DNA of 32,000 nucleotides from Massilicoli timonensis (GTDB lineage: Bacteria; Bacillota_I; Bacilli_A; Erysipelotrichales; Erysipelotrichaceae). The notes below the pieces were generated by a model. The model had not been told where the DNA came from. It did not search any database and was given only the letters and a program-made list of their open reading frames with translations. The stretch covers positions 1,532,180 through 1,564,179 of the forward strand of contig NZ_LT963434.1 of the NCBI RefSeq assembly GCF_900199515.1, in the 5' to 3' direction. Below are positions 16,316-23,537 of this stretch, one piece after another. Position numbers and translations under genes: made by a program. Within the stretch, counting starts at the first letter, position 1. Every line of letters starts with the position of its first letter.

Positions 16316-16567
16316 ATGGCGGTAAGCAAAAGCCAGAAAATCCAGGCCGAGATTGATAAGGTCAAGGCCAAAATCAGCGAACAGCAGGCCCGGCTCAAGG
16401 AGCTGGAAAAGAACAAGCAGGAGGCCGAAAACAGCGAGATCGTGGACATCGTGCGGGGCATGAGCATTTCCCTGGAGGAGCTCCCCCTGGTGCTCCAGCG
16501 GCTCCGGGACGGCACTTCTGGACAAAGTGTCCAGAAGTCCGGGGACGGCGGAAAGGAGGAAAATTGA
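16316..16567 (+). CDS. DUF4315-like coiled-coil protein
   Basis: KIQAEIDKVKAKISEQQARLKELEKNKQEAENSEIVDIVRGM. SD TAAGGAGG upstream. The C-terminal tail is encoded by palindrome copy 5. Confidence 0.55.
   Translation: MAVSKSQKIQAEIDKVKAKISEQQARLKELEKNKQEAENSEIVDIVRGMSISLEELPLVLQRLRDGTSGQSVQKSGDGGKEEN
16517..16535. repeat. ICE palindrome copy 5 (centre AAG, 11-bp perfect arms 16514-16538)
   Basis: gcACTTCTGGACAaagTGTCCAGAAGTccgggg. Confidence 0.9.
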
Positions 16568-16569
16568 AG

Positions 16570-17355
16570 ATGAAACGCTTTCGGGTGATGGCGGCGGCGC
16601 TGTGTGCCGCCGTTCTTTTATGCGGATTTAGCGTCCCGGCCTATGCCTATGCGGACGGCGGTGAGGGCGCGGACTATGGCGATCCCACTATGACCGAGGA
16701 AACCCCGGCCCCGGAGCCGGAACCCACCATCGAACCGGGCGAGGGCTTTTCGGAGGAGGGCAACCTTGTGACCCGCGATCTGCTCTATGACGAGCACACC
16801 AACAAACAGTTTATCACGGTGCAGACGGCGGGCGGGAACACCTTTTACATTGTCATTGACTATGACAAGCCCGTGGACGAGGAGGGCGAGCAGTATGAAA
16901 CCTACTTCTTCAGCGTGGTAGACGAGGCCGATCTGCTGGCCGCAGCCGAGGCCGCCGGGGTGGAGCAGGCGGTCTGCTCCTGCTCTGAAAAATGCGCGGC
17001 GGGTGCCGTGAATACAGAGTGCGCCGTCTGCTCGGTCAATATGAACAAGTGCGCGGGCGTTGAGCCGGAGCCGGAACCCACGGAAACCGAGGAACCCACC
17101 CCGGAGGAGGCCGAGCCAGAAACGGGCGGCAACATGGGGATGCTCCTGGCGGTGCTGGCCGTGGCCTTAGTGGGCGGCGGCGCGGCGTTCTATTTCAAGG
17201 TACTGCGCCCCAAACAGCAGAAAGCCGCCGAACCCCAGGAGGACTATGGCGGGGAGCTGGATGACTATGACGGGCCGGACGGCTACGGGGGCGAGGACGA
17301 TGACGGCCCGCCCTGGGATGAGGAGGACGAGGACGGAGAGGAGGCTGACAAATGA
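16570..17355 (+). CDS. CD1107/DUF4366-like surface protein (signal peptide, C-terminal TM, acidic tail)
   Basis: N-terminal signal-like MKRFRVMAAALCAAVLLCGFSVPAYA. Contains GNLVTRDLLYDEHTNKQFITVQTAGGNTFYIVIDYD. TTG 16564 is an alternative start. Confidence 0.7.
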   Translation: MKRFRVMAAALCAAVLLCGFSVPAYAYADGGEGADYGDPTMTEETPAPEPEPTIEPGEGFSEEGNLVTRDLLYDEHTNKQFITVQTAGGNTFYIVIDYDKPVDEEGEQYETYFFSVVDEADLLAAAEAAGVEQAVCSCSEKCAAGAVNTECAVCSVNMNKCAGVEPEPEPTETEEPTPEEAEPETGGNMGMLLAVLAVALVGGGAAFYFKVLRPKQQKAAEPQEDYGGELDDYDGPDGYGGEDDDGPPWDEEDEDGEEADK

Positions 17356-17528
17356 GGTTTACCGACAGCCCCTTTGAAAAAATGATGAAGCAGAAGCCCC
17401 GTCCCCAGGCTCCTGCCCCGGCGAAACCGCCCAGGGGCTCCCGGTGCTCCGGGTGTCCCTACTGGCGGGGCATCGGCTGTGTGTCCTGCTACCGGGAGCT
17501 CATGCGGGCCCCGGCTGGCGGGAGGTGA
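17352..17528 (+). CDS. small Pro-rich / CxxC protein (58 aa), first gene of VLP cassette 2
   Basis: ATG 17352 lies 7 nt after GGAGGAGG and overlaps the upstream stop (ATGA). Contains ...RCSGCPYWRGIGCVSCYRELM. Too short for the ORF track. Confidence 0.45.
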   Translation: MRFTDSPFEKMMKQKPRPQAPAPAKPPRGSRCSGCPYWRGIGCVSCYRELMRAPAGGR

Positions 17529-17532
17529 CGGC

Positions 17533-17886
17533 TTGGCCCGTGAACTGACACGCGAGGAAAAACGGGCGATCCGCGCCCTGGTAACAAAATGGTGCGCTAA
17601 CTATGACCGGGAATATGGGTGCCTGCCCCTGGACTGTGAGTGCTATATGCTGGGGAAATGCTGGACGGGCGCTTACTGCCGCTACTTTCGGGAGGCTGTC
17701 CTGCCCCTTGATCCGGCCCTGGAGGTGTCCCTGCTGAGTGAGGGCCCCAGGCCGGATTTCAAGATTTGCCCGGTCTGTGGCGGGGCCGTCCCTGCGGATG
17801 GGCGCATGGCCTACTGCTCCGAGTCCTGTGCCCGGATTGCCCTGCGGCGGCAAAAGCGGGACTATATGCGGAAAAAGCGGAGGTGA
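17533..17886 (+). CDS. cysteine-rich VLP-family protein, copy 2
   Basis: TTG 17533 lies 7 nt after GGAGG. Contains WCANYDREYGCLPLDCECYM...FREAVLPLD...CPVCGG...YCSESC with a basic tail. Confidence 0.7.
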   Translation: MARELTREEKRAIRALVTKWCANYDREYGCLPLDCECYMLGKCWTGAYCRYFREAVLPLDPALEVSLLSEGPRPDFKICPVCGGAVPADGRMAYCSESCARIALRRQKRDYMRKKRR

Positions 17887-18017
17887 TGTGTGGAAAATTA
17901 GGCTCTGGAAAACCCGCTTGTATCAAGGCTTTCCGGGGCCCTTTTGGGGGTGGGCCGTATCTTTCTATGGCCTGCCCTTATTTTGCTCAAATGCTTTCCA
18001 CATCTACCCCCGCCGCT

Positions 18018-18036
18018 TCTGGACACTTTGTCCAGA
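18018..18036. repeat. ICE palindrome copy 6 (centre CTT)
   Basis: ccgcTTCTGGACActtTGTCCAGAGGtggcgggg; intergenic, 15 nt before SD TAAGGAGG. Confidence 0.9.
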
Positions 18037-18062
18037 GGTGGCGGGGCATCTAAGGAGGTGTT

Positions 18063-18848
18063 ATTCTGGAAGAAAATCAAGGCTATGTGATCCGCCGCAC
18101 GATCCTGTTTGACAATCAGTGCGGTTTTGCCCTTGGGGAAAATAGCAGGGCCCCTAATCCCTTTGTGACGTGGCGTTTTAACGAGCAGGACGGCCAGCGG
18201 AATTACTTTTGGGGCCACTACATGAATGAGCCGGATATGGCGGAACGGGACTTACTCAATCGGGCCGAGGACTACCAGCGGCGCTACCATGTGCAGGAAG
18301 TGGAGCAGGCCCCGGACAAGGAAACCTATCTGTACTACTCCACCCAGCGGCCTATCGACATCGGCACCTACCCGAACAGCTATTTTAACCGCCCTGTCCA
18401 CATGGATTTATACTTTACCCGCCAGCAAGTGACGGGTGAGGCGTTCCAGGCGTGGGGAGCCATCACCTATGCCCATCCCTTGACGGAACGGGAAATGCAG
18501 GATTATGAGCTCCGGCCCTCCCGCAATAACCTGGATATTCGGCGGCAGATGGATGCCCAGGCCCAGGTGGTAGGAAAATGGGAGGACGCTCACCGTGTCC
18601 CGGATCAAAAGCGGCTGACGTGGTTTTACCCTGACTTCGGCAGCTATGTGGTGAAAGAATACATCACCCCGGAGCAACTGGCCAGCTTTGCCCGTGGCGT
18701 GGAACGCCAGGAGGCGGCGCGGGCTCATAAGGAGGCCAAACGCCAGCCCCCGATTGCGGAACAACTGAAAGCGGCGCAAAAGGAGGCCCAGGAACACCGG
18801 GCCCCGGACGGCCCTAAAAAGAAAGCCCCTGACCGGGGCGACAGATAG
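18063..18848 (+). CDS. conserved ICE protein of unknown function. Start is uncertain: ATT 18063, CTG 18066 or GTG 18087.
   Basis: Long ORF with a plausible composition. The strong SD AAGGAGG (18052-18058) is positioned for 18063-18066, not for GTG 18087. The C-terminus is charged. Confidence 0.55.
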   Translation: MLEENQGYVIRRTILFDNQCGFALGENSRAPNPFVTWRFNEQDGQRNYFWGHYMNEPDMAERDLLNRAEDYQRRYHVQEVEQAPDKETYLYYSTQRPIDIGTYPNSYFNRPVHMDLYFTRQQVTGEAFQAWGAITYAHPLTEREMQDYELRPSRNNLDIRRQMDAQAQVVGKWEDAHRVPDQKRLTWFYPDFGSYVVKEYITPEQLASFARGVERQEAARAHKEAKRQPPIAEQLKAAQKEAQEHRAPDGPKKKAPDRGDR

Positions 18849-18859
18849 GAGGACTGTTT

Positions 18860-19024
18860 ATGGAAAAGAAGCGTGAAGAGGATTTTGCCAACCAGGAGGC
18901 CCTGCGGCTCTCCGGGGTATTCAATACGCCGATCCCCGCCCAGCCCCCGGAACGGGAAAAGGCGCTGGACAAGGTAAAGGAGCCGCCCCGCGTCTGCCGG
19001 AGCCTGGAACGGGAGGAGCGGTGA
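18860..19024 (+). CDS. small hypothetical protein (54 aa)
   Basis: ATG 18860 after SD TAGGAGG. Its stop overlaps the mobC GTG start (GTGA). Confidence 0.35.
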   Translation: MEKKREEDFANQEALRLSGVFNTPIPAQPPEREKALDKVKEPPRVCRSLEREER

Positions 19025-19368
19025 CAAAGAAACGCCGCCGCCCCATCCATCTCCATGTGATGGTGTCCGAGGAGGAGCAGGCGCTGATCCGGGAGCGTAT
19101 GGCCGAGGCGGGCATCCGAAACATGGGGGCCTATATGCGGAAAATGGCCCTCAATGGGTATGTGCTCCATGTTGACCTGTCACCTGTCCAGGAGCTGGTG
19201 TCGCTCCAGCGGCGGTGCTCCAACAATCTAAACCAGGTGGCGATCCAGGCGAATACCTACGGCGGCATTTACCCGGAGGAGATCAAAGCTCTGCAACGGG
19301 ACTATGAAAAGCTGTGGCGGCCCCTTTCCGATCTGCTGGAAAAGCTCTCCGCCATCGTGCGGCTCTGA
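19021..19368 (+). CDS. mobC: MobC-family relaxosome accessory protein
   Basis: HVMVSEEEQALIRERMAEAGIRNMGAYMRKMAL...CSNNLNQVAIQAN, including the NNLNQ-A hallmark of MobC. Confidence 0.75.
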   Translation: MTKKRRRPIHLHVMVSEEEQALIRERMAEAGIRNMGAYMRKMALNGYVLHVDLSPVQELVSLQRRCSNNLNQVAIQANTYGGIYPEEIKALQRDYEKLWRPLSDLLEKLSAIVRL

Positions 19369-19410
19369 CCTGCCGGGGAGCGGTTTTGCCGTTCCCCGGC
19401 TATCTCGACT

Positions 19411-19429
19411 TCTGGACATTTTGTCCAGA
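19411..19429. repeat. ICE palindrome copy 7 (centre TTT)
   Basis: cgacTTCTGGACAtttTGTCCAGAGGtgggg; 43 nt after the mobC stop. Confidence 0.9.
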
Positions 19430-19451
19430 GGTGGGGATAGCCGAGGCATCC

Positions 19452-19480
19452 TTGTTGGCCCCCTCCTGCGGAGTTATAAT
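19452..19480 (+). promoter_or_regulatory. candidate sigma-A promoter
   Basis: TTGTTG (19452-19457), 17-nt spacer, TATAAT (19475-19480). Lies upstream of the small membrane protein gene and relaxase 2. Confidence 0.35.
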
Positions 19481-19526
19481 ATACATATAGAGGCAAACAA
19501 CGAACTTTTTGTAGGAGGTATGAACG

Positions 19527-19817
19527 ATGCGGACAATCTTAAAAATCATCGCGGCTCCCTTTGTCCTGGCCCTGATCCTCATTGTGGCTGTGCTTACGTT
19601 CCTGTCCTGCGTGGCGGGAGCGGTGTGCATTGTGGCCTGTGTGGGCCTGTCCTTACTGGCGATCCTCTGCCTGCTGGCCGGGCAGACAGTAGGCTGCATC
19701 ACCATGTTTGTGCTGGCGTTCCTGGTTTCCCCCTTTGGGCTCCCGGCCCTGGGCGGCTGGCTGGTGGAGCGTCTGCATGGTGTGAAGTATGCGGCGATGG
19801 ACTTTATGGCGAGCTGA
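19527..19817 (+). CDS. small polytopic membrane protein
   Basis: 96 aa and almost entirely hydrophobic (ILKIIAAPFVLALILIVAVLTFLSCVAGAVCIVACVGLSLLAILCLLAG...). ATG lies 8 nt after AGGAGG. Confidence 0.55.
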   Translation: MRTILKIIAAPFVLALILIVAVLTFLSCVAGAVCIVACVGLSLLAILCLLAGQTVGCITMFVLAFLVSPFGLPALGGWLVERLHGVKYAAMDFMAS

Positions 19818-19821
19818 TACT

Positions 19822-19840
19822 TACGGACAAAGTGTCCAGA
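19822..19840. repeat. ICE palindrome copy 8 (centre AAG, left arm degenerate)
   Basis: atacTTacGGACAaagTGTCCAGAGGtgccggg; 5 nt after the stop of 19527-19817. Confidence 0.8.
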
Positions 19841-19845
19841 GGTGC

Positions 19846-19881
19846 CGGGCGGCGGGTGACATAGACCGCCGCCCGCTTTTT
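19846..19881 (+). terminator. strong intrinsic terminator immediately upstream of the relaxase-2 SD
   Basis: 10-bp all-GC stem CGGGCGGCGG (19846-19855) / CCGCCGCCCG (19866-19875), then C + TTTTT (19877-19881). SD GGAGG at 19893-19897. Confidence 0.65.
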
Positions 19882-19904
19882 CTGCTGGGAAAGGAGGTGC
19901 GGCT

Positions 19905-21311
19905 ATCGCTACAACTTACATCCGGCCCTACAAGGTAGCGGCGGGAAAAACGGCTGTCCAGACAATGGAGGATCGGTTTGCTTACGGGCTCAATCCGAAA
20001 AAGATAGGAGCTGTGTCTGCCTACCTCTGCGATCCGGCATCGGCCCCCGCTGAGTTTCTCCTGACAAAGAGCCAGTACCAGGCGGAAACGGGCCGGGCCG
20101 TAGAGCGCGGGGCCCTGTTCTTTCAGATCCGGCAGGCGTTTCCTCCTGGTGAGGTCACGCCGGAGGAGGCCAACAAAATCGGCTATGAAACGGCCATGCG
20201 CTGGACAAAGGGCAAGTACCAGTTTTTCGTTTGTACCCACATCGACAAGGGCCACATTCATAATCACATTTATTACAACTCCACGGCCCAGGACTGCTCC
20301 CGGAAGTTTCATAACTTCATCGGCTCCAGCTTTGCGGTGCGGCGGCTCTCTGACCGGGTGTGCATTGAGCATGAGCTGTCTGTTATCCAAAATCCGAAAC
20401 AGCACAGCAAGGGCCGCTTTCTCCATTATGGCCAGTGGATTGGAGAAAAGCCGCCCACCGCACAACAGAGGGTGCGGCTGGCCATCGTGGAGGCCCTGGG
20501 GCAACGGCCCGCTGACTTCCCGGCGTTCCTGCGGCTTATGGAGGAGTCCGGCTTTCAAGTGAAGCATGGGCGGGGCGGCGCGATCTCGTTCCTGGCCCCT
20601 GGGCAGGATAAGTACACCCGCCTGCGGGCATCAACCCTGGGCCCCGGTTTCGATCCGGATGACATCCGGGCGGTAATTGCCGGGGAGCGTCCCATCCCGG
20701 AGCTCCCAAAAGACGGCCCGGCTCCGCCCCGGCGGGTCAATCTGATTATCGACATTAGGGAGCGCATGGCCCAGGGCAAGGGGCCCGGCTATGAGCGGTG
20801 GGCCAAAGTTTACAACCTCAAACAGATGGCCGCCGCGCTCCAATATCTCCGGGAACACGATCTGATGGATTATGACGCGCTGGCCGCCAGCACCGAGGCG
20901 GCGGTGGATCGCGCCCACAAGCTGGCCGGGGAGCTGCGGGACACAGAGGCGGCCCTCTCTAAAACTTCTGAGCTCATGGGCGCGGTGGTACAGTATGCAA
21001 AGACGCGCCCTGTGTTCGACGGCTACAAGGCGGCCCGGTATTCTAAAAAGTACCTGGCCCAGCACGAGGCAGAGCTGGCTGACTACCGGGCGGCCAAAGC
21101 TACTATGAGCGATCTTTTAGGCGGGGCGAAGCTCCCGAAAATGGATGCGCTGAAAAAGGAGCGCCGGGAGCTCTCCGAAAAGAGAAAGGCCCTTTATGCG
21201 GAATACCGCAAGGCCCAGGCGGAAATGCGGCAGGCCGTGGCGGTCAAGGCGAACATTGACCATCTGCTCGGCCATACGGATGGGCGTGAAAATAAGGCCC
21301 AGGAGCGATAG
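19905..21311 (+). CDS. relaxase/mobilization nuclease-domain protein (relaxase 2). The likely start is ATC 19905; the first ATG is 19965.
   Basis: HIDKGHIHNHIYYNS histidine triad. IATTYIRPYK at 19905 is collinear with the MATTHIHPIK-type N-terminus of homologs as I remember them. Coiled-coil C-terminus. Confidence 0.85.
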   Translation: MATTYIRPYKVAAGKTAVQTMEDRFAYGLNPKKIGAVSAYLCDPASAPAEFLLTKSQYQAETGRAVERGALFFQIRQAFPPGEVTPEEANKIGYETAMRWTKGKYQFFVCTHIDKGHIHNHIYYNSTAQDCSRKFHNFIGSSFAVRRLSDRVCIEHELSVIQNPKQHSKGRFLHYGQWIGEKPPTAQQRVRLAIVEALGQRPADFPAFLRLMEESGFQVKHGRGGAISFLAPGQDKYTRLRASTLGPGFDPDDIRAVIAGERPIPELPKDGPAPPRRVNLIIDIRERMAQGKGPGYERWAKVYNLKQMAAALQYLREHDLMDYDALAASTEAAVDRAHKLAGELRDTEAALSKTSELMGAVVQYAKTRPVFDGYKAARYSKKYLAQHEAELADYRAAKATMSDLLGGAKLPKMDALKKERRELSEKRKALYAEYRKAQAEMRQAVAVKANIDHLLGHTDGRENKAQER

Positions 21312-21337
21312 CTCCGGGCCGCAGACAACCAGGGACT

Positions 21338-21356
21338 TCTGGACAAAGTGTCCAGA
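21338..21356. repeat. ICE palindrome copy 9 (centre AAG, 13-bp perfect arms 21333-21361)
   Basis: GGACTTCTGGACAaagTGTCCAGAAGTCC; 22 nt after the relaxase-2 stop. Confidence 0.9.
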
Positions 21357-21389
21357 AGTCCGGCGGGTTTGGGGAGCTCCCCAACAAGC

Positions 21390-21418
21390 ATTTTCACGGG
21401 CCTGCGGCCTGTGAAAAT
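21390..21418. terminator. hairpin between convergent genes (possible bidirectional terminator)
   Basis: ATTTTCAC-g-GGCC-tgc-GGCC-t-GTGAAAAT followed by TT. Preceded by the 12-bp palindrome GGGGAGCTCCCC (21371-21382). Confidence 0.4.
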
Positions 21419-21502
21419 TTCGGAGTGTGACCACACCCGAATTGCTTGCCGTTTTGTGCACCCCCCGAAAATGGCGCGAAAAAACGGAGGTACACGCTTT
21501 TC

Positions 21503-21862
21503 TTACGCATCCTCCGTTTCCTTAGCCGCTTTCATCGCTTGGATTGTGGCTTCTACAATTTTTAGTTCTTTTTCGTCCAGGGCGTTGAGCATGGCATCAA
21601 TCCGCTTTCTGCACTCGCTCCCTTTATTCTTGGACGGATAGAAATATTGATCTACCGATATATCGAACATTGTCACCATTTGATAAAAGGTGTTGAGGCT
21701 GGGGTGCTGGCCGTCATTCTCGTTATACATGATGGTACGCGGAGCCCGGTCAACAATATAGGCCAGTTGCTCCTGCGTCATCCCGCTGTCCTCCCGCGCC
21801 CGCTTGATAGCGAGTCCTATATCGTGAAAATCAAATCGTCGTTCATCTCTCTCAATCTTCAT
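21503..21862 (-). CDS. XRE-family HTH transcriptional regulator
   Basis: IGLAIKRAREDSGMTQEQLAYIVDRAPRTIMYNENDGQHPSLNTF is a Cro/C1-type HTH. This is the only minus-strand gene in the right half of the ICE. Confidence 0.8.
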   Translation of the reverse strand: MKIERDERRFDFHDIGLAIKRAREDSGMTQEQLAYIVDRAPRTIMYNENDGQHPSLNTFYQMVTMFDISVDQYFYPSKNKGSECRKRIDAMLNALDEKELKIVEATIQAMKAAKETEDA

Positions 21863-21980
21863 AATATCACCTAATGTAATTTTACATTTCAGGTATTATT
21901 ATTTGAACGATTGTATATTTCATATTTCTGACTGTTTAATTTCACTATAAATTACATGAATGACGTTCGGAAGGCGATCA

Positions 21981-22029
21981 TTGACAAAATGACATGAGTG
22001 TCATAAAATATAAATGACACAAGTGTCAT
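21981..22029 (+). promoter_or_regulatory. sigma-A promoter with two tandem palindromic operators (TetR-type autoregulation)
   Basis: -35 TTGACA (21981-21986), 17-nt spacer, -10 TAAAAT (22004-22009). Operators ATGACAtgagTGTCAT (21988-22003) and ATGACACaaGTGTCAT (22014-22029). Confidence 0.55.
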
Positions 22030-22045
22030 TTGTGGAGGTGTACCT

Positions 22046-22636
22046 ATGTCGGAAAGATCAAAAGAAAAAAGAAATCTAATATTAAAATGTGCAGAACAAG
22101 TTTTTAGAACTAAGGGTTTTTCAAATGTAACTATGAAAGACATAATTGACGAATGCAATATTAGCCGTGGAGGTATCTATCTATACTTTAGTTCCGTAGA
22201 TGAGATATTTACAGAAGTTATCAAGCAATATCATAAATCACACGCAGAAAAAGTGACTTATGACTTGAATAGCACTAAAGATTTTTTTAAAGCCATTGAT
22301 CAATACTTTGAAGATTTAAAATATAACCTTTTGAATATTGATGATAGCCTAAAATTAGCAATGATTGAATTTTTTGCCGCTCATAAAGATGATCAGGACA
22401 AAGAGTTTTTTGAAATTGCAGTTAACGGCTTAAAGCAACCCATTATGGAAATTGTATTTTTTGGAAAAGAACATGGTATTTTACCTTATGAACTGACTAA
22501 TGAATTAGTAGAGTTAGTAGTATTTTGGTTTATAGGACTTGAAGAGATAATGCTTTCCGCTCATCTGTCAAATGCAATTTTGGAAAAACAAATTCAAATA
22601 ATGAAAAATTTGATCCTGACGGGTAAAATTTTATAG
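22046..22636 (+). CDS. TetR/AcrR-family transcriptional regulator
   Basis: N-terminal HTH KRNLILKCAEQVFRTKGFSNVTMKDIIDECNISRGGIYLYFSSVDEIF. SD GGAGG upstream. Confidence 0.8.
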   Translation: MSERSKEKRNLILKCAEQVFRTKGFSNVTMKDIIDECNISRGGIYLYFSSVDEIFTEVIKQYHKSHAEKVTYDLNSTKDFFKAIDQYFEDLKYNLLNIDDSLKLAMIEFFAAHKDDQDKEFFEIAVNGLKQPIMEIVFFGKEHGILPYELTNELVELVVFWFIGLEEIMLSAHLSNAILEKQIQIMKNLILTGKIL

Positions 22637-22717
22637 CGGAAGGAAGAGTAGTACGAAAAAAGCAGATTTGCATTAAAATTTATGCTGGTAATCAAAGGCG
22701 GCAGAATGGAGAATAGA

Positions 22718-23305
22718 ATGAAAGAAATAGAAAACAGAAGAAGTATACGAAAATTTCGTTCCCAAAAAATAGAAAGGGAAATCATAGATAATATTCTTAA
22801 AGCTGGTATTGATGCGCCATCAGCAAAGAATAGACAACCTTGGAAATTTGTCGTTTTAGAAGGTAATGCAAAAAAGCAATTCTCCGAAATAATGAAACAA
22901 GGAATACAGGAAGAAAGGAGTAGGCAATTACTTCCTAATAGTTCAAAATATCTTGCGGCGGCAAATCATACGGCCCAAATAATAGATCAAGCACCTGTGT
23001 TACTGCTAATTTATAATCCGCAAGGTAAATCTTTATATGAGGATTTGAGTATTGAAAATAAGATATATGAACGCGCTGACATTCAGTCTGTCGGGGCCGC
23101 CATACAAAACATATTATTAGAAGCCACTTCTCTTGGTATAGGCTCTTTGTGGATATGTGATATATATTTTGCTTATGATAAATTGTCCAAATACCATAAA
23201 GAATATGGTGAATTGTTGGCCGCAGTAGCGTTGGGGTATCCTGATGAGCATCCTGCAAAGAGACCGAGGAATGCATTTAAAGATGTAGTATTCTATCTTA
23301 AATAA
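22718..23305 (+). CDS. nitroreductase-family oxidoreductase (start ATG 22718; alternatives 22706 and 22682)
   Basis: MKEIENRRSIRKFRSQKIEREIIDNILKAGIDAPSAKNRQPWKFVVL is the canonical nitroreductase N-terminus. Confidence 0.85.
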   Translation: MKEIENRRSIRKFRSQKIEREIIDNILKAGIDAPSAKNRQPWKFVVLEGNAKKQFSEIMKQGIQEERSRQLLPNSSKYLAAANHTAQIIDQAPVLLLIYNPQGKSLYEDLSIENKIYERADIQSVGAAIQNILLEATSLGIGSLWICDIYFAYDKLSKYHKEYGELLAAVALGYPDEHPAKRPRNAFKDVVFYLK

Positions 23306-23401
23306 TACATAGAAATTTAAGAACTCAGTGCTACCGAAACAAAAAAAACCGTTGTTTCGGCGGCTGGTTCATCACGCGCCAAAACAAAATACAGTAGCCC
23401 T

Positions 23402-23445
23402 ACGGCGGTTTTGAAATAGCAAATTTCAAGCCGCCGTTTTCTTTT
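23402..23445 (+). terminator. intrinsic terminator after the cargo operon
   Basis: ACGGCGGTTTTGAAAT / AAATTTCAAGCCGCCGT stem (one bulge) followed by TTTTCTTTT. Confidence 0.5.
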
Positions 23446-23491
23446 CAAAAAATGAGAATACGGGGGGTGTGTTAAAGTCGCCCTTTTTTAA

Positions 23492-23537
23492 GGATACGGC
23501 GGTGTCCGGGAGGTATCGCCGTGTCCTTTTTCTTTTT
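23492..23537 (+). terminator. second intrinsic terminator
   Basis: GGATACGGCG (23492-23501) / CGCCGTGTCC (23517-23526) followed by TTTTTCTTTTT. Confidence 0.55.

Noticed and set aside
19304-19864. 186-aa ORF overlapping the small membrane protein in another frame
   Set aside because: The 19527-19817 frame gives a coherent multi-TM protein with a correctly spaced SD. The alternative frame is Gly/Pro/Cys-rich GC noise and runs through two palindrome copies.
8730-21356. The palindromes as ordinary rho-independent terminators
   Set aside because: None is followed by a T tract. Three copies are followed a few to ~30 nt later by separate terminator or terminator-like hairpins. Several copies lie inside ORFs that must be read through.
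21988-22029. The TetR operators (ATGACA-N-TGTCAT) as diverged copies of the ICE palindrome
   Set aside because: They share only a GACA/TGTC core. The arm sequence, spacer length (2-4 nt against 3 nt) and AT-rich context differ. They fit a local TetR autoregulatory promoter.
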